64,000 nt of DNA from NCBI GenBank assembly GCA_028534125.1, contig CM052816.1:93312001-93376000 (forward strand). Direction: 5' to 3'. Shown here in pieces: positions 13,770 through 26,563 of this stretch. Both the position numbers and the translations under genes were made by a program. The notes below the pieces were generated by a model. The model was not told the DNA's origin and did no database searches. It saw nothing but the letters and a program-made list of their open reading frames with translations. How positions within the stretch are numbered: position 1 is the first letter of the stretch; every line of letters begins with the position of its first letter. Origin of the DNA: Lama glama. Taxonomy: Eukaryota.

Positions 13770-14350
13770 TGTAACCAGCGCCGTGGCGGACCCACCCTTG
13801 GGGTTCTTATTATAACCGCAAGACATCCTCAGCAATAGCTATCAGGGGACTTTGAAAAAAGATCACATTTTATTACTCACAGGTCCTGGCAGGTACAGGG
13901 CACACCTGAGGCCACACAACAAGGGAGAAATAGAAAGACAGACAGAGAGAGAGAGGTGAAAGGAAAGAAAACTGGGAAACCTGGGGTTCCTTACTGGGGT
14001 TGAGGGTGGGGACTTAGAGTTTGCTAGATTCACTTTTTATTGGTGAATTTAAAATAGAGGAGAAGGAGTTTAAAGTGTAGAGAGAGAGAGAGAAAAAACA
14101 TGCAGCCCAAATGGTCAGTGATGGAAATCAACCAAGATTCCTAAGACAAAGCAGGCTGTGTGCTTGGGGGTGGGGTGGGGGGCGGTGCCAGCAGCCTGGC
14201 TCTTGAGCTGGTCTGTGGCTGGCGTGGTGGTTGTCGGAGACAGCCATCTTTGAAGTGGGTGCCTCTTCTCTTCGAAGCAGATGTCCTGGCAATCAAAGCT
14301 CAAGTCAAGCACTCGCAGTAAAAACAAACAAACGACTAACAGGGCTTACA
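13770..14350 (-). mobile_element. Solo ERVL-class LTR (MER54/MER74-like)
   Basis: TGTAA...TTACA termini, 5-bp TSD ctatt/ctata, and ttttattactcaca (minus-strand polyA signal). Confidence 0.75.
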
Positions 14351-15429
14351 CTATAATAACGTGTGGTGTATAATATATTACATGTAATATATGAGTAGAA
14401 TATCTATACACACAAACTTCCTAAAAATAAAATACTGTATTTTATTTCTGAAAAATGGTAAATCAAAGGAATGAATCAAATATTCCTTGGCTTTTCCTGA
14501 AACTAGTCTATTTCAGGGGAACCAAATAGTTGCTGAAAGACAGTTCTTTTCAGATAAGAGTTTCATTTAATATATGGGAAAGGAGTAATAAAATTTAAAT
14601 ATCATTCTTTGGGAGCTCCATTGAAAGGAGAGAACCAAAGCAGGGAAGTGAATTCAGAGGACATAAAATGGCCAGACAGGACCAGAAACAGCCAAACAGA
14701 GAAGAAACCTGATATTCTGAAAGAAATAAAAATCGGGAGTTTTTTGAGTTCTGGTTCCAGGTCGTGTGGGAGAAGCAGATCGTGTCTTGTCTCTCTTACT
14801 AGGAACAACTAATAAACCTAAACTATCAGACGATACTGAAAGGTAGAAAATGGAGCTATACTGGGTAAAGATCTCTAGTCCTATGGAATGACCTGGCAGT
14901 GGGTTATTTTTTTATTTTTTTATTTTTTGCCTACGATTGATCTATGCCCGAGCACCAGAACAGAACTGAAAGCTAGACTGCCTTTGGGAGGAGACATTAA
15001 AAGTCCCAGAAAGAGCCATTCTTTCTAGACAGAGAACCAAGAAGAGGAATTCCTACGGGACAGAAGCTTTTCCGCTTTATCTGCCCTACTTGAGGTGAAC
15101 AGAAGCCACAAGCGATGCTCCCACTCTCCCTCCTGCCCAATTTCAGGGAACAGAGCTGTGGAATCCTCACCTGCAGGAAGTCTGGGAGAGCAGAGGTGTG
15201 TTCCTCCCTACATGCGTTGTGGACGCTGCAGGATGGAGCCCAGGTGACTGCACCCTGTACCAGTGACCCCCTCACTCCAGCCCATGCACGCATTCTGCTT
15301 AACTGCAATTACTTAATTTTGATCACGCGAAACATGAAAGTGGTTCTGAAAGTCAGAGGTGCACAAAACTGCGCACGCAGAGAATGTGACTCCCACTTCA
15401 CTCTTTCACCCCATTTCCATTCCCCCTTT

Positions 15430-16836
15430 TCTTTATTATTATTTTGATCTCCCCTTAAACGTTTCTGCTGCAAGCAGTTTTCCCACACGTCTAATGGCCC
15501 TAAGGCAATTTTATAGTGAAAGATGAAATAACTGGTTGTCAGTTTGATTTGACAGTTTGGTTTCAACTGGTTGTGAGTTTGGTTTCATTTCTCCATTGAG
15601 GCAGTACTCCAATTTTTGTATTATATAAATCGCATAGGCCTCAAAATGATCTGTACAGTTAAGAGTAAACGTGGAGGCCTTAAAATAGTGGATGATAACA
15701 ACTACTTATATCAACTTGATAGAAAATGCGGTGATAAGAAAACTTACAGGAAGTGTGAAATAGGAGACTATAAACCCAGATTGCATGCTTTGCTACAAAA
15801 TGGGAACACATCAGCGTTTGCAAATCCTTTGTGAGCACAGTCATCCCTCCAACGCATCAAAACCGAAAGTTTACCAAGCTATGGCAAGTACAAAAGGCAG
15901 CTGGTAATTCACAGCAGTCTTTGAGCGCATCGGTGATTAATTCTTTAGCTAATTTAGATACAACAGTTTGTTCTGTCAAGGTGCCTTTCGCGATTTGTCA
16001 TGCAATATTGGAAGTTGATGACTAAAGAAGACTCAAGCTCCTCCTATGATCCCCGAAGAAATGGTTGTGTGATTCCTGATAAGTTTGTGGAAAACGGTGA
16101 ACGTTTTTTGCTGCTTGATAGTGGAGACCATGATGTAGACAGGTGGCTTAGATAGTCTGGTGAAATATTACGACCAGGTATGCGTCTGGATGCATACTAT
16201 CATTTACATACGTTACATGTGTTTGTATGAAACAGCGGTGTCCCTCACCTGGTCTCTTACTTTCAGGGAAACCGGAAGAGATTTTCAGATTTAAAAAAAC
16301 CTATTTTAAAGAGCTTACATCCAACATGAGATCCTGAGTGCTTAATGATTGACTTTGTGGAAGGAAGTATCATTCCTTTCTCTAAGATGCTGTCGGTCCT
16401 CCACATCCCTGGGTCCTGCACCCAAAGGTTCTACCCATCTTGGATGCTGAACCTGCAAATATGTGACTGAATTAGGCCATTTTGCATGAGACTTGAGCAT
16501 CCGTGGATTTCAGTATCTGCAGGGGTGTTATGGGACCAATCCCCTGGGGATACCAAGGGACAACTCTATACTGAATACAGTTATAACCGTGAATCTAAGC
16601 ACCTTTTAAATGTATTCAAGTATTTCTTTCTATTTTTATTTTTCACTGTATAATCTTAAAAAATATAATTAATTTTTCATGTTTTATTATATCCTTTTTA
16701 ATGTCCCTCTTTTATTTTATTTTCAATAATTTATCTCTTGTGGCAAAATTGTCATGGCCAACGACTTATGGTATGAAACTGCTTACAGAGCAACTGCTCA
16801 ACTGGCAAAGACTCTTATGGCAAAAGTACTTAGAAG
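15430..16836 (+). mobile_element. Decayed Mutator-like (MULE-MuDR, Ricksha/Phantom-like) DNA transposon with FLYWCH + DDE transposase remnants
   Basis: From ATG 15646: KSKRGGLKIVDDNNYLYQLDRK..KTYRKCE...PRLH, then after a frameshift EHSHP (15833-15847), a FLYWCH-type zinc finger. Later GERFLLLDSGDHDVDR (from 16096), YYHLHTLHVF (from 16195, like YQLYTIH) and PECLMIDF (D at 16351). Imperfect inverted arms at about 15461-15512 and 16738-16835. Confidence 0.8.
16389..16568 (-). mobile_element. MER2-like TcMar-Tigger MITE nested in the MULE element
   Basis: Ends ...ggaccaatcccctggggataccaagggacaactc-ta, the reverse complement of the MER2 start. Internal gacttgagcatccgtggattt motif. Confidence 0.8.
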
Positions 16837-17450
16837 AATCATTTTTCCATGCTGTTTTCACCTGCCCATTAATCATATTAGTTTCCAGTTTATTCTTCCA
16901 CAAATGAGAATTCATGCATATATTTTCTTATTTTCCTTTCTTATCCTATGGTTTTTGAAGTCTTTTTTTGAGCAGAATGAAGCACACTAATCCAATGGGA
17001 TTGGTACTAGCAGTTGGTTAGTTAACTGAAAAAAAAAGTAGTTAGTGTTCAAAAATATAACAGATATGCTTTGTGATTGAATACTTTTTGTTCTGACAAA
17101 TATGCACCCATAGGAATTCAGTTACAATGTTTGCTGTGGGGACAAAGTCTGTCTTTGAGACTGCACCAGCTATTCTGAGTTCCATATTACCTGTTTTTCA
17201 CATAAGGCACAATGATTCATAAGATGAATGGAAAGGGCTGTGACTAATCCAATGAGTCAGGTAAGTGGAGGTCAGCTGACAGGTCTATTTCAAAAGTGTT
17301 CAAAAGTTCAAGTTCTTGTTCGGTTTATCAAGCTCACATTTTCCCTCCTTTTCATTAATTTCCCTCTCATTTTATTAATATCTTGCTTATATTTTATTTT
17401 GGCTGAGTTTTAGGGGAGCCTTTTTTTCTAGGCTCCTGACCTGAAGGCTT

Positions 17451-17865
17451 GTATCTTACACTGGGTTCCCCAGAAGCAGAGCCTGAGATGGGACTGGGAT
17501 TCTGGTGAAAGTGATTTGTTAAGGTCGTGCTCATGAGACTCTGTAAGGGGTGAGTGGTGGGGAGAGGATGGGGAATCCAACCTCAGCCTGATCCTGTGGG
17601 GAGATCTGTAACAAAATTTACTGTAGCCTGTCCTAACTTGAGGCAAGGATACGGGACTTTTGTGTCCCAACATTGGTCAGCCATTGGCTCCAGCCACTAG
17701 CATAATCCAGCCACTGAGACATAACTCCGGGCACCTCTCAGTGAGGCAGTCGTCCCGGGGCAATCTGCTTCAGAAGGGAGCAGGCGCAGGCCACCAGCAG
17801 GGGCGTACTCCACAGCTAATAATGGATCCCTGGGATCTGAGCAGGGAAACCACAGAATCCAGTTC
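17451..17865 (-). mobile_element. LTR16-like ERVL LTR
   Basis: ctgggttccccagaagcagagcctgagatgg...gtgatttgttaagg...gtcagccattggct. Confidence 0.7.
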
Positions 17866-17999
17866 ATTTTAGTTTATGCATTTCATCAGCATTATGCATC
17901 TAATATTCTTGAATAATAAAGGCACTTAAAGTTATGACTTTTTTTTCCTGCTTATTTTCAACTGCTTTGTTTAGGTTTTGATATTTGGTTTTCTTATTT

Positions 18000-18215
18000 T
18001 TGTTGAGTTCTAAATGCTTGACTACTTCCTGTGGGCCAGACATTGTGCCAAGCACCTTAAGTCCATTATCTCATGTAATCCTCACACTAGTTCTTGAGGT
18101 AAATACTGTTCTAATTCTCACTCCTCAGTTGAGGACGCTGAGGCAGGCAGGAGGTGGTGGAGCCTGGACTTGAACTCAGGTATTCTGAGTGCAGAATTCT
18201 TCCCCTGCTCTCTGT
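18000..18215 (-). mobile_element. MIR SINE
   Basis: gccagacattgtgccaagcac..cattatctcatgtaatcctcac...ggagcctggacttgaactcagg. Confidence 0.85.
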
Positions 18216-19869
18216 CCTGACCACGGGGGTTATTCTTTGGTTCCCTGTGGAAATATCCTTCAACTTAATTTAATCAAATGCCTGCATTTTGAGTTGTCTT
18301 TGTTGAGTTTTCTCATTGGTTTAATTTAATCAGTTTTATGTCTTTGACAGATCTTTGTTTGTTTTGGTTTGGTGAAGCCCTGTTCTGACTCAGCTTTAAC
18401 TTATCTACTGTTGTGTTTTACTTCAATCACATCAGTGGGATATTGGTTTCAAAGAGAGGTCAAAGTGTGTGATCTGTTGGCTCTCCTAAATTGAAATTTT
18501 TCCTGTCCCCCCCAAATATCTGACTCAAATATTCCCTTTCGTTTCCAGTGCTACCAAACATTGTGCAGGAGACCTCCTCCTGGTGTGTTGTTTTGACACT
18601 TACTTTTACCAAAATTTTAATTAAATTCCAGAAAGGATTACATTTAATTTCTAATTTCTTATTATTGGTTGCAAATCTCAAAAGTTTGAAGTGATTTGCA
18701 ACCTAGAAAACACTTTTATGCCCTAATAGGACAAGCTATAGAAAATAGCACATTATGAAAAGGGGCAAATCCTTTTGCATTGTGAATAACAAGCCCTTAA
18801 TTTAATTGTTTTGTAAATCTTTCGATCAATTGGGATTTTCCTTGTTTTTGTTGTTCTTGATTTTTAAACGAGGTACATTATTTTGATACTGAGAGTGATT
18901 CCTACTTACAAGATACAAACTGTATGTAACAGAAAAAAGAATCTCCTTCTTGACCTATATATCTAATTTCTACTTTAGCAGATTTACTTCATTATTAACC
19001 AGTTGCCCATTTAAAACAAAATCTCCAACTTCATTAGGAATGTTTAATTACCATGCTTCCTTAAAAACATTGTTGCAAGTTTATATGGTTCATCCTTTTC
19101 CATGGGTCAGGTTTCATATAAAAGAAGACAGCCTTGGGTTTTACTCTTTCATCTTTTTAGAGGCAATACTTGAGTTTGTGAAATGTTCTATTATTCTAAG
19201 ATAAGGAAATAAAAATATTTTGGTAAATAAAGAGAATTAATCTTGAATGTGTAAGTTCTTAAATGATTTAGAGATTTTTCTTTTGCTTCCTTATCAAAAA
19301 AAATTTGTTCTTGCCGTAAAAACTTGGTGAAAACAATCTAAAGTTAGACTAATATGTAACCAAGGCACTAGCAAAGTATAGGTATACCACTGTGGCTAAA
19401 GAATTCTTAACTTTTTTATGTTCTGACTTTAGTGTGTTTGACTGCAAATTTCTCCTCCTGTAGGCTTTCCTTCTGCAGTATTAATAGCTGCGACAGATTG
19501 CAGTCTTCCCACTGCAGGGACTTTGGCACCAAAAGAGCTATGATGGCAGATGCACTCTTACCTCTCCCACATGTAGAGTCGTTCCCCTTCTTTTCTGAGA
19601 AAAGTTCTAGGATTCAAAATTTTGAAAGTAACAGATTCTGAAGAATAAACCTCATACCAGCTGGTTAGCAACAACTTATCATTGTTTATAATACTAAGGA
19701 AAAAAGATTAACACTCTATGTAATACCGCAACTGAGACATAGTCACGTTGCTTTGTATTTGGATAGCACATTTTAGAGGAATGCCACCCCTGCTTCACTC
19801 GTTGCTGCTGGAGTCCTCCATAAAATTGTTGTCACCAGCCCTTTATAAACCAGGTTCATCTGATGGAAT

Positions 19870-20335
19870 TCTGTCAGGGGATAGGATTTTACTCACATTA
19901 TTGACTAAAGAAATTTCAATGAGAAACCGTAGAGCTGTGGTCAAGTTAAAAAAAAACAAAACTGAAAGAGGATGTTGAGGCCCCAAGGGGCTGGTAGAGT
20001 GGGAAATATGGAGGGCAAAGGGAGGAAAGAATGTTCTGGAGCTCCATGAGGACCAGAGCTGTGGAGACGCTTTGGTATTGAAAAGATACAGCCACCATCA
20101 GAACTGCAGCTTCAAAGCGGTGACTGAGAGTAGACAAGAAATTCACTGGCCTTTCTTTCTTCCCTCTTCCCATATCTTGCTGGTGCCTCTCATTGGCTAA
20201 GAAGCAGACAATAAGGGAGCCAGGCCAGTTCAGTGTCTTAGGGTCAGACTCCCAGGGCATAGAGCAGGCAACAGAGGTTAGAAAATAGATGGGAGATGGG
20301 GAGAAGGAGGGGAGGCAGAGAATAGTAGCAGAGAG
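19870..20335 (-). mobile_element. Old ERVL LTR (LTR33/LTR41-like)
   Basis: ctgctggtgcctctcattggct...ggtcagactcccagggcatagagcagg-type motifs. Confidence 0.5.
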
Positions 20336-20369
20336 GGTAGCATATTAGATGTTTAAGTAAGTCCCATCT

Positions 20370-20545
20370 GTGATCTGTCCCCACAACAACCTCGCAGGTT
20401 CTGTTTCCGTTTATCAGCGGAGAAAGTAGAGATCAGACATCTCAAATGTGTCCCAGAGCACACAGGTGTGCAAGAGTAGGGCTGGAACGCACACTTGGAT
20501 CTGTCTGTCCTCAAACATGGTGTTTTTGTACTCTGCATAATCCTG
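20370..20545 (-). mobile_element. MIR SINE
   Basis: tccccacaacaacctc..gtttccgtttatcagcggagaaagtagag. Confidence 0.6.
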
Positions 20546-20599
20546 ACTTCAATACATTGTAGCACAGGATTGTGCTATTTTTCTGCTGTAAATTGTTCA

Positions 20600-21108
20600 G
20601 TAATTCCCCACTGTCTTTGAGATAAGATCAGAATCTTTACCTTGGTACAAAAGGCCCTTCATTATCTGGCCCTTTCCTCCTTTTCCAGCCTCATCTTTTC
20701 CCTCATTCCCACCCATACCCCCAGTTTCCAATATCTGAACTCGTAATTTCAGGATGTTTGTAAATATAGAACATCTTTCTGAAACACCCCCTTTCAATTC
20801 CATTTTCATGTCTGGATGTCTCATTTTAGCTTTTCAAAACTCAGCCCAGCCTGGCTGTCCCTTCAACCTGGAAACCTTCTAGGACTCCCTCCATCCAGTC
20901 TGGAGTAGGTACCTTTCTCCCAACTGCCATATCATGAAACAATGGTTCACAGTGATGGCGCTGATCACATGGTGCTGTGTGCATCCCTCACTCGACTGTG
21001 CCTGAGGATGGGAACTACATTTTATTTTTATATCCCCCATACCTAGCTGTACAACTGTCATATTGAAGGTTCCATACGTAACTGTAATTGTTGAACAATG
21101 AATGAATG
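20600..21108 (+). mobile_element. LINE-2 3' end
   Basis: acaaaaggcccttcattatctggcc...ttgttgaacaatgaatgaatg terminus. Confidence 0.75.
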
Positions 21109-24100
21109 TTTTGAGTTACTAAGGTTTAATCTCCTTTGCACACAATAACTATTTTTGGAGGGGATAAGCGACACTGGATCTTTCACAGTGCTCTAGGTAT
21201 AGGTAATATACATAAGAACCTACATGGCATTATTTATGGGAGATGCTGCAGATCAAAGGATTTCATATATCATTCAACTTTTCCAAATTAAAACAATTCC
21301 TTTGATTCAGAACAAAGGCAAGAGAAAAATTGTTAAAATACATCTTACCTTGAAGTTGACAGCTGGCTAACCATCATCTGAAGCACACCTAGTTTACCAA
21401 GGTAGGTGAATGTGCTAGACAACGAATGAAGGGTGACCCTCAGGGGATAGGGAAAGACATAAGTTGAGTAGAAAGAGAGTAAGAGAAAAAAAAGCAACAC
21501 AAACCTGAAGATATTTGGAGAAAAAAGGAACAAATGTGCAAGAAAAGAAAAAGTCAATGAAACTTCAGATAATAGACCAAGGACAGACGTTTTATTTTCT
21601 CTCCTTCAGTTCTTGCATTTTTTGGTGTAGCTCCATTTCACAAGACAGAAGAAAATGAGAGGAATTGAGTGAAAAGGCGAAAGGTAAGATAAATAGGGCA
21701 GTGGGTTAGAAAGATAGAAATGGACAAATGAGCGTGCCCCCGAGAGGAGAGATTGTTCGAATATGGCAGAGCGAGATGGTAACAGCAGCGCTGCTTTGGA
21801 AGACGGCACGGCGGGAAGAAGGGGATTTGAAGATTTCCTGTTTCTGTGTCTTCCCTTACTTAGCTTGGCCCATGATTCCTTTAGAGTTTTATTTAGACGT
21901 TGGAGGCTAAACGGATTGAAATAAAAGCTGCTGACTGTTACGTAGATGGGGTCAGAAGGCAAAAGGGCGCAATGAGAAGGCAAAACATCTCCTGGAATAC
22001 AAGTTGATGCAGCAGTCAACCAAAAGATTGAATGAAAATAGTCAACTTGAGCTATGGCTAAAAGGCCTAGTGGCTGTTACAAAACTTTGCTGTTTAAATC
22101 TGCTTTTGGTTTTATACTTTCCTCAAGGAATTTAAAAATTAATTTTGTGAGCTTCAGGGTAAAAGTTAATTCAAAAATATGAAAATTTGCAAGAGTCTTC
22201 AAGTGTTGGGAACATTTTGTTCTGTAGAATTAGTGAAGAACTTGACTTGGCTAATAATGTGAGAACAGTAACAGTGTACTTAGCATATGTGGGTTTAAAA
22301 ATATTATTCATAGGTAGCATATGTCATGAGGGACTTTGGAATATGAGATAAACAGATTTTTTTAAATTGTGGCAGATTTGGAGGAATTAAAATTTTCATT
22401 TAAACATGTAAGCACCCCCATTCTTTCCCCCTAATTATAGCATAAGGAGACTTGGTGTAATTATAGTCTGATGCTGTTGTGGAAGAAAGAAAACATTAAC
22501 ACATCATTTTTTCCCTAAGAAGTGAAAGAAACATCTAGAAAGTTTTTGAGCTACTTTCTGTGTCAGATAGTAATAACATATGTGAGTTTAAATAAAGAAT
22601 TGAAAGCAACTTTTGCCCTCTGATGATAAAGGATTCTGCCACGCATTTCAATAAGGTATTTAACTTTTCCTTTGGCAGCGGGTAGAAAAATCTCTCTTTT
22701 CCAATGTGCATGAAGCTTTGACAATTGTTCTTCAGAAACTGCATTGTAAATTAGGAATTAGAGTGTAGGGACTCTGGAGGAGGCCCTATGCCAAGAACCT
22801 AAACCCCAAAGACAAGTTTTTCGGATATGTTACCAGTAGGTTTGGAGTTAGCACTTAAACTTGGTTTGAAAAGAGGTTGACTCCTAGGCCACTCTGCTTG
22901 TCTCACCTATGGAAACAGAAACTAGAAGACTGTCTGTTTTTTCCCCTACTACATGAAAAGAGATAAAATAAGTGACTACAAAAAGCTATATTCTTTAATT
23001 TTTCGCTTTCTATTATGTTCTCCTATTTCATAAGATTTACCTGTACCCCAGGCAAATCACATGTGTGAAAATCAAGGGGTTATTTTAGGATGGAAACATA
23101 CATCAGAAGAGAGGAATGTTAGAAATGTCAAACTACTACTTCTCTTCTCTGGGCAACTCCTGATTGCAGGGCAAGCCCGGAGAGGGGATCTTTGCACAAG
23201 TGGGATGGACTTGCTTTCCCTTTTCTTCATCGATAGAGCCCAAGTCCTGATTTGAGTCTGAAGGTTGAATTGTACGATAGCTAGTAATGCCTCCCAAGGG
23301 TCCAAAGGACAGACATTGATGAAATAGTAACACCACATCCAAGACAATGTGAGGCAGTGGCTATTAAAAATGAGATGACTTCTTCAAACATTCAAAAAAC
23401 AATCAGGCAATTTGGGTCTATTTCTATATTGTATTTCTTTTCTGAAATAGGCATCAACTTTACTAGGCTATGAGCTTTTGGAAATCAGAGTCTATGTCTT
23501 ATTCATTTTTGCATCTGTATTTCTTAGAACAATCCCTAGCACATGTGTATATTCAATACGTCATTAGACAGAACCCATGCCTGGGTCCTAGAGAAAAGGA
23601 GAAGAAGGGAGGGACAGCCTACATGTTCCTGTTCATACATAGGACCTCGGCTCCCGGAGAAGGTAGTTTCATCTCCTGCATCCCAGGAAAACAACATCAT
23701 CTTCCTGCTTAGCTTCAGGCATACAAGTCTGGTTTCCAGGAGCTCCCAGGTACCTAGAGCAGTCCTGGAGGGAGAAAGTAGAAAAAGTCCCACAGAGGCA
23801 GATGGCAGAAACAGTGGAAGTTTTATGTAACTGAGCAGAAATCCTCATGGCTCTAAGTGGGAGATCTGCTCCAAAATTCTTAGAGGTAGATAAAGTTTTA
23901 AAGGGGCTGAAATATCTGGGTTATTGCTATTAGCATAATTCCTTTGCAGTCCTGTATTGTGAGATCTCAGGAAACTTCCTGATACTTCAAAATAGAATTA
24001 TTGTTACTTCCTAGATCCTAGACCTCCCCAGTGGCATCAGTTCAGAGAAGCATTAAAAGAGCATGTAAAATTTTTTTTTCTGATTTAAAAACCAGCAGGT

Positions 24101-24696
24101 TAAGCCTGTATTAGAAAGAGATTAACTTTGTTGCCACATATTGACTAGACTTATCTGCTCCTAATTATGGAATCCTGGCTTCTAATTTTCTTGGGCCTCA
24201 TTGACCTGAGGACAAATAGCCTCAATAACGAGGATGGTTCTGTCATCAAATCCCGGATGCTCTTGTCACAACATCGGCTTTCCTCAATCGGTTGTTCCCC
24301 AACACCAGTGCCACTGATTGCAATATCGAGGGTTCGTAAAATTCAAAAGAGTCAATTGTTTCATGAATATTGATTTGTGGGCAGACTGTTGATAGAAAAC
24401 ATTAATAAAGGAGTCTAGGAGATTTTTTATTTAAGAAAATCTAATCTATGCACATCAAGTTTATAAAGCAAGTGATTGCTAAATAATGTTTGATTATAAC
24501 AAGCTTCTCCACTGATTACTAAATATAGTAGAAGTACAATTCAAACTTTTAAAATAGATTTTGTACAATAAAATAATATCCAACTCTTATGAAGGTAGTC
24601 AGATATAAACCAAAAAGAGTATCAAAAAGTACATCAAACATCTAATAATATTTTGAAAATATTTAAAGAAATGCTATTTTTTTTCTACTAGGCACA

Positions 24697-24877
24697 ACAT
24701 TTTCTTGACTCTAAAATGCTACCTACAATTTAAATATGGCACCTAGAAAAAATAAAAAGAAATGTTACCATAAACATATACATGTAAAATGCTGCCGTAA
24801 ACATATTCAAGTGATATGTGTTCTGTATTTAAAAACAGTAAATGTGTAAATATGCACTTATTAGAATCTAGGACATG
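24697..24877. mobile_element. Possible TcMar-Tc2 (MER104-like) MITE remnant
   Basis: Imperfect inverted ends cattttcttgactctaa / ttagaatctaggacatg about 180 bp apart. Confidence 0.4.
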
Positions 24878-24959
24878 TCAAATTAACTCTAGGAATTGTA
24901 AAAAAAAGTAAATAAATAATTATTCTATATCTTAAATGGAAAGACTAAATATAACATCA

Positions 24960-26180
24960 TATTTTTAAAAATTAACCTAAAAAAGCAATGGCAGAAATAA
25001 ACACTAAAGAAATTTGTATAGAATCTGACAAGCTAGTGCTAAAGTTTATTGCAAATAATAGTCTAGAAAATTTTGAAATTTGGGAAAAAATCCTGGGGAA
25101 GAGGGGAAGATGCCCTAATAGATCACAATTAAATTTTGAAAAATAGATTTTTTTTAAGCAATGGATAGTCACATAGATGAATGAAACAAAACAAAGCACA
25201 GAAATGTGTGTGTGTGTATTAAGAATAAGGAAATTTTGTATATGATAAAATTGATATTTTAAATCAGGCAAGAAAATTCAGATTATTTACTAAGTGATAT
25301 TAAAATAACTAGGCACTTATTAAGAAAAAATAAAGTACTACATCACAGCATATTAAACTATTACTTTCAAATGAATCCAATGTATAAATGTAGAAAGTTA
25401 AAACTATAAAATTTCTAAAAGAAAGTATAGAAAAACAAATTTATAATCTTAAGATGTAGAAGTCCTTCTTAAATGCGACTGAATACCAAAAAGATAAAAT
25501 GAAAAGAGTTGAATGGTTTGACTATATAAAAATAAAAAATTTGCCTTCAGAAATGACACTGTAAACAAAGTTAAAAGATTAAAATTAGAATAAGATAATA
25601 TGTGCAATATATGCCACAGATAAAGACTAATATCCTTTTTTTCCCTTTTTCAGTTATTTTAGGTAGAATTATTACAGCTTGACTGCACATATACCTTCTA
25701 TTGCATGTAAATACATACATACAATATACTGCATTTTTTTTTTAGTTTACGTATATGTCCTGATCATTGTTTCCAAGAAAAGATTAGAGCTTTAGCCTTT
25801 TAAACTTACATAGTTATCAAAGCAATAAAGCCAACCACAAAATAAGAATCAATAGAATGCGGTAGTCCAATCATAAAAAGACCAGTATTCTTAATAAAGT
25901 ATTTCCACAAATAGAAAAATAGGAACAGAATGCAAACAATACATAGTAAAAGAATTGCAAATGGCTAGAAAATAGATGGGAAGAGTGTCAAACTCTTCAT
26001 TAAACAGAGAATTACAGGTTAATGTAATTAAATTCTATCTTTATTTTCCATTTTGGCTCATCAGAATGCAAAAGATTAAAAAAATCACTTTTAGTTGGTA
26101 AGGATGTGGAAAAATGAGACATTATACTGCTTGTTGGTGTCGTAAATCTACTTCTAGAAACATGTTCCACATAAATACTT
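24960..26180 (+). mobile_element. Ancient L1M ORF2 fragment (interrupted by the 3'UTR retrocopy)
   Basis: A-rich sequence with L1 ORF2 hallmarks (gaatctgacaagctagtgctaaagttt, gttggtaaggatgtggaaaaatgagac). Confidence 0.75.
25635..25886 (-). pseudogene. PTGES3: 5'-truncated retrocopy of an mRNA 3'UTR end (PTGES3-like), inserted in an old L1
   Basis: T-run 25635-25650 is the poly(A) on the minus strand. Minus sequence actggtctttttatgattggactacc...ctacctaaaataactg matches my recall of the PTGES3 3'UTR terminus. Short TSD-like tatcctt/tattctt, and the L1 resumes afterwards. Confidence 0.6.
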
Positions 26181-26182
26181 GC

Positions 26183-26563
26183 TGTCTTGCGGTTCCCCTG
26201 TGGAGGGACAGGACTGACCACCCACCCACACTTGGTGAGATGTCTAGAGGCCGCACAGACACCCAGAGAGTCTGAAAAATTCATTACTCACATAATGAGC
26301 TTTCTGGGAACACAGAGCAGGCTCCTAGGCAAATCTGAAATGAATTGTGAGAGCAAAGAAAAGTGAGTTTGGATTTTTATTGTGGGAAGGGAGTTCCTGT
26401 GAGTGAGCCGGGGGTTGCATGGTCTGAACTTCCCACTGGCACCCAGGAGGGGAAAACGGGGGCTTCCTATCAGTTCCCCTAGATGTGGACAAGAGAAGAT
26501 GCTGATGTGAGGCTTGAAAGCTTTGAGTAATTATTCATCACAAAGTGGAGCCAGACTCTTTAC
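26183..26563 (-). mobile_element. ERVL-class solo LTR
   Basis: ttcattactcacataatgagctttct...ggagccagactcttta, similar architecture to the 13770 LTR. Confidence 0.6.

Noticed and set aside
24290..24385. NIHETID resembling bornavirus N NPHEAID; ISRVRKIQ..LF.EY resembling a PARP motif
   Set aside because: Only a few residues match and there is no extension; not supportable without a search.
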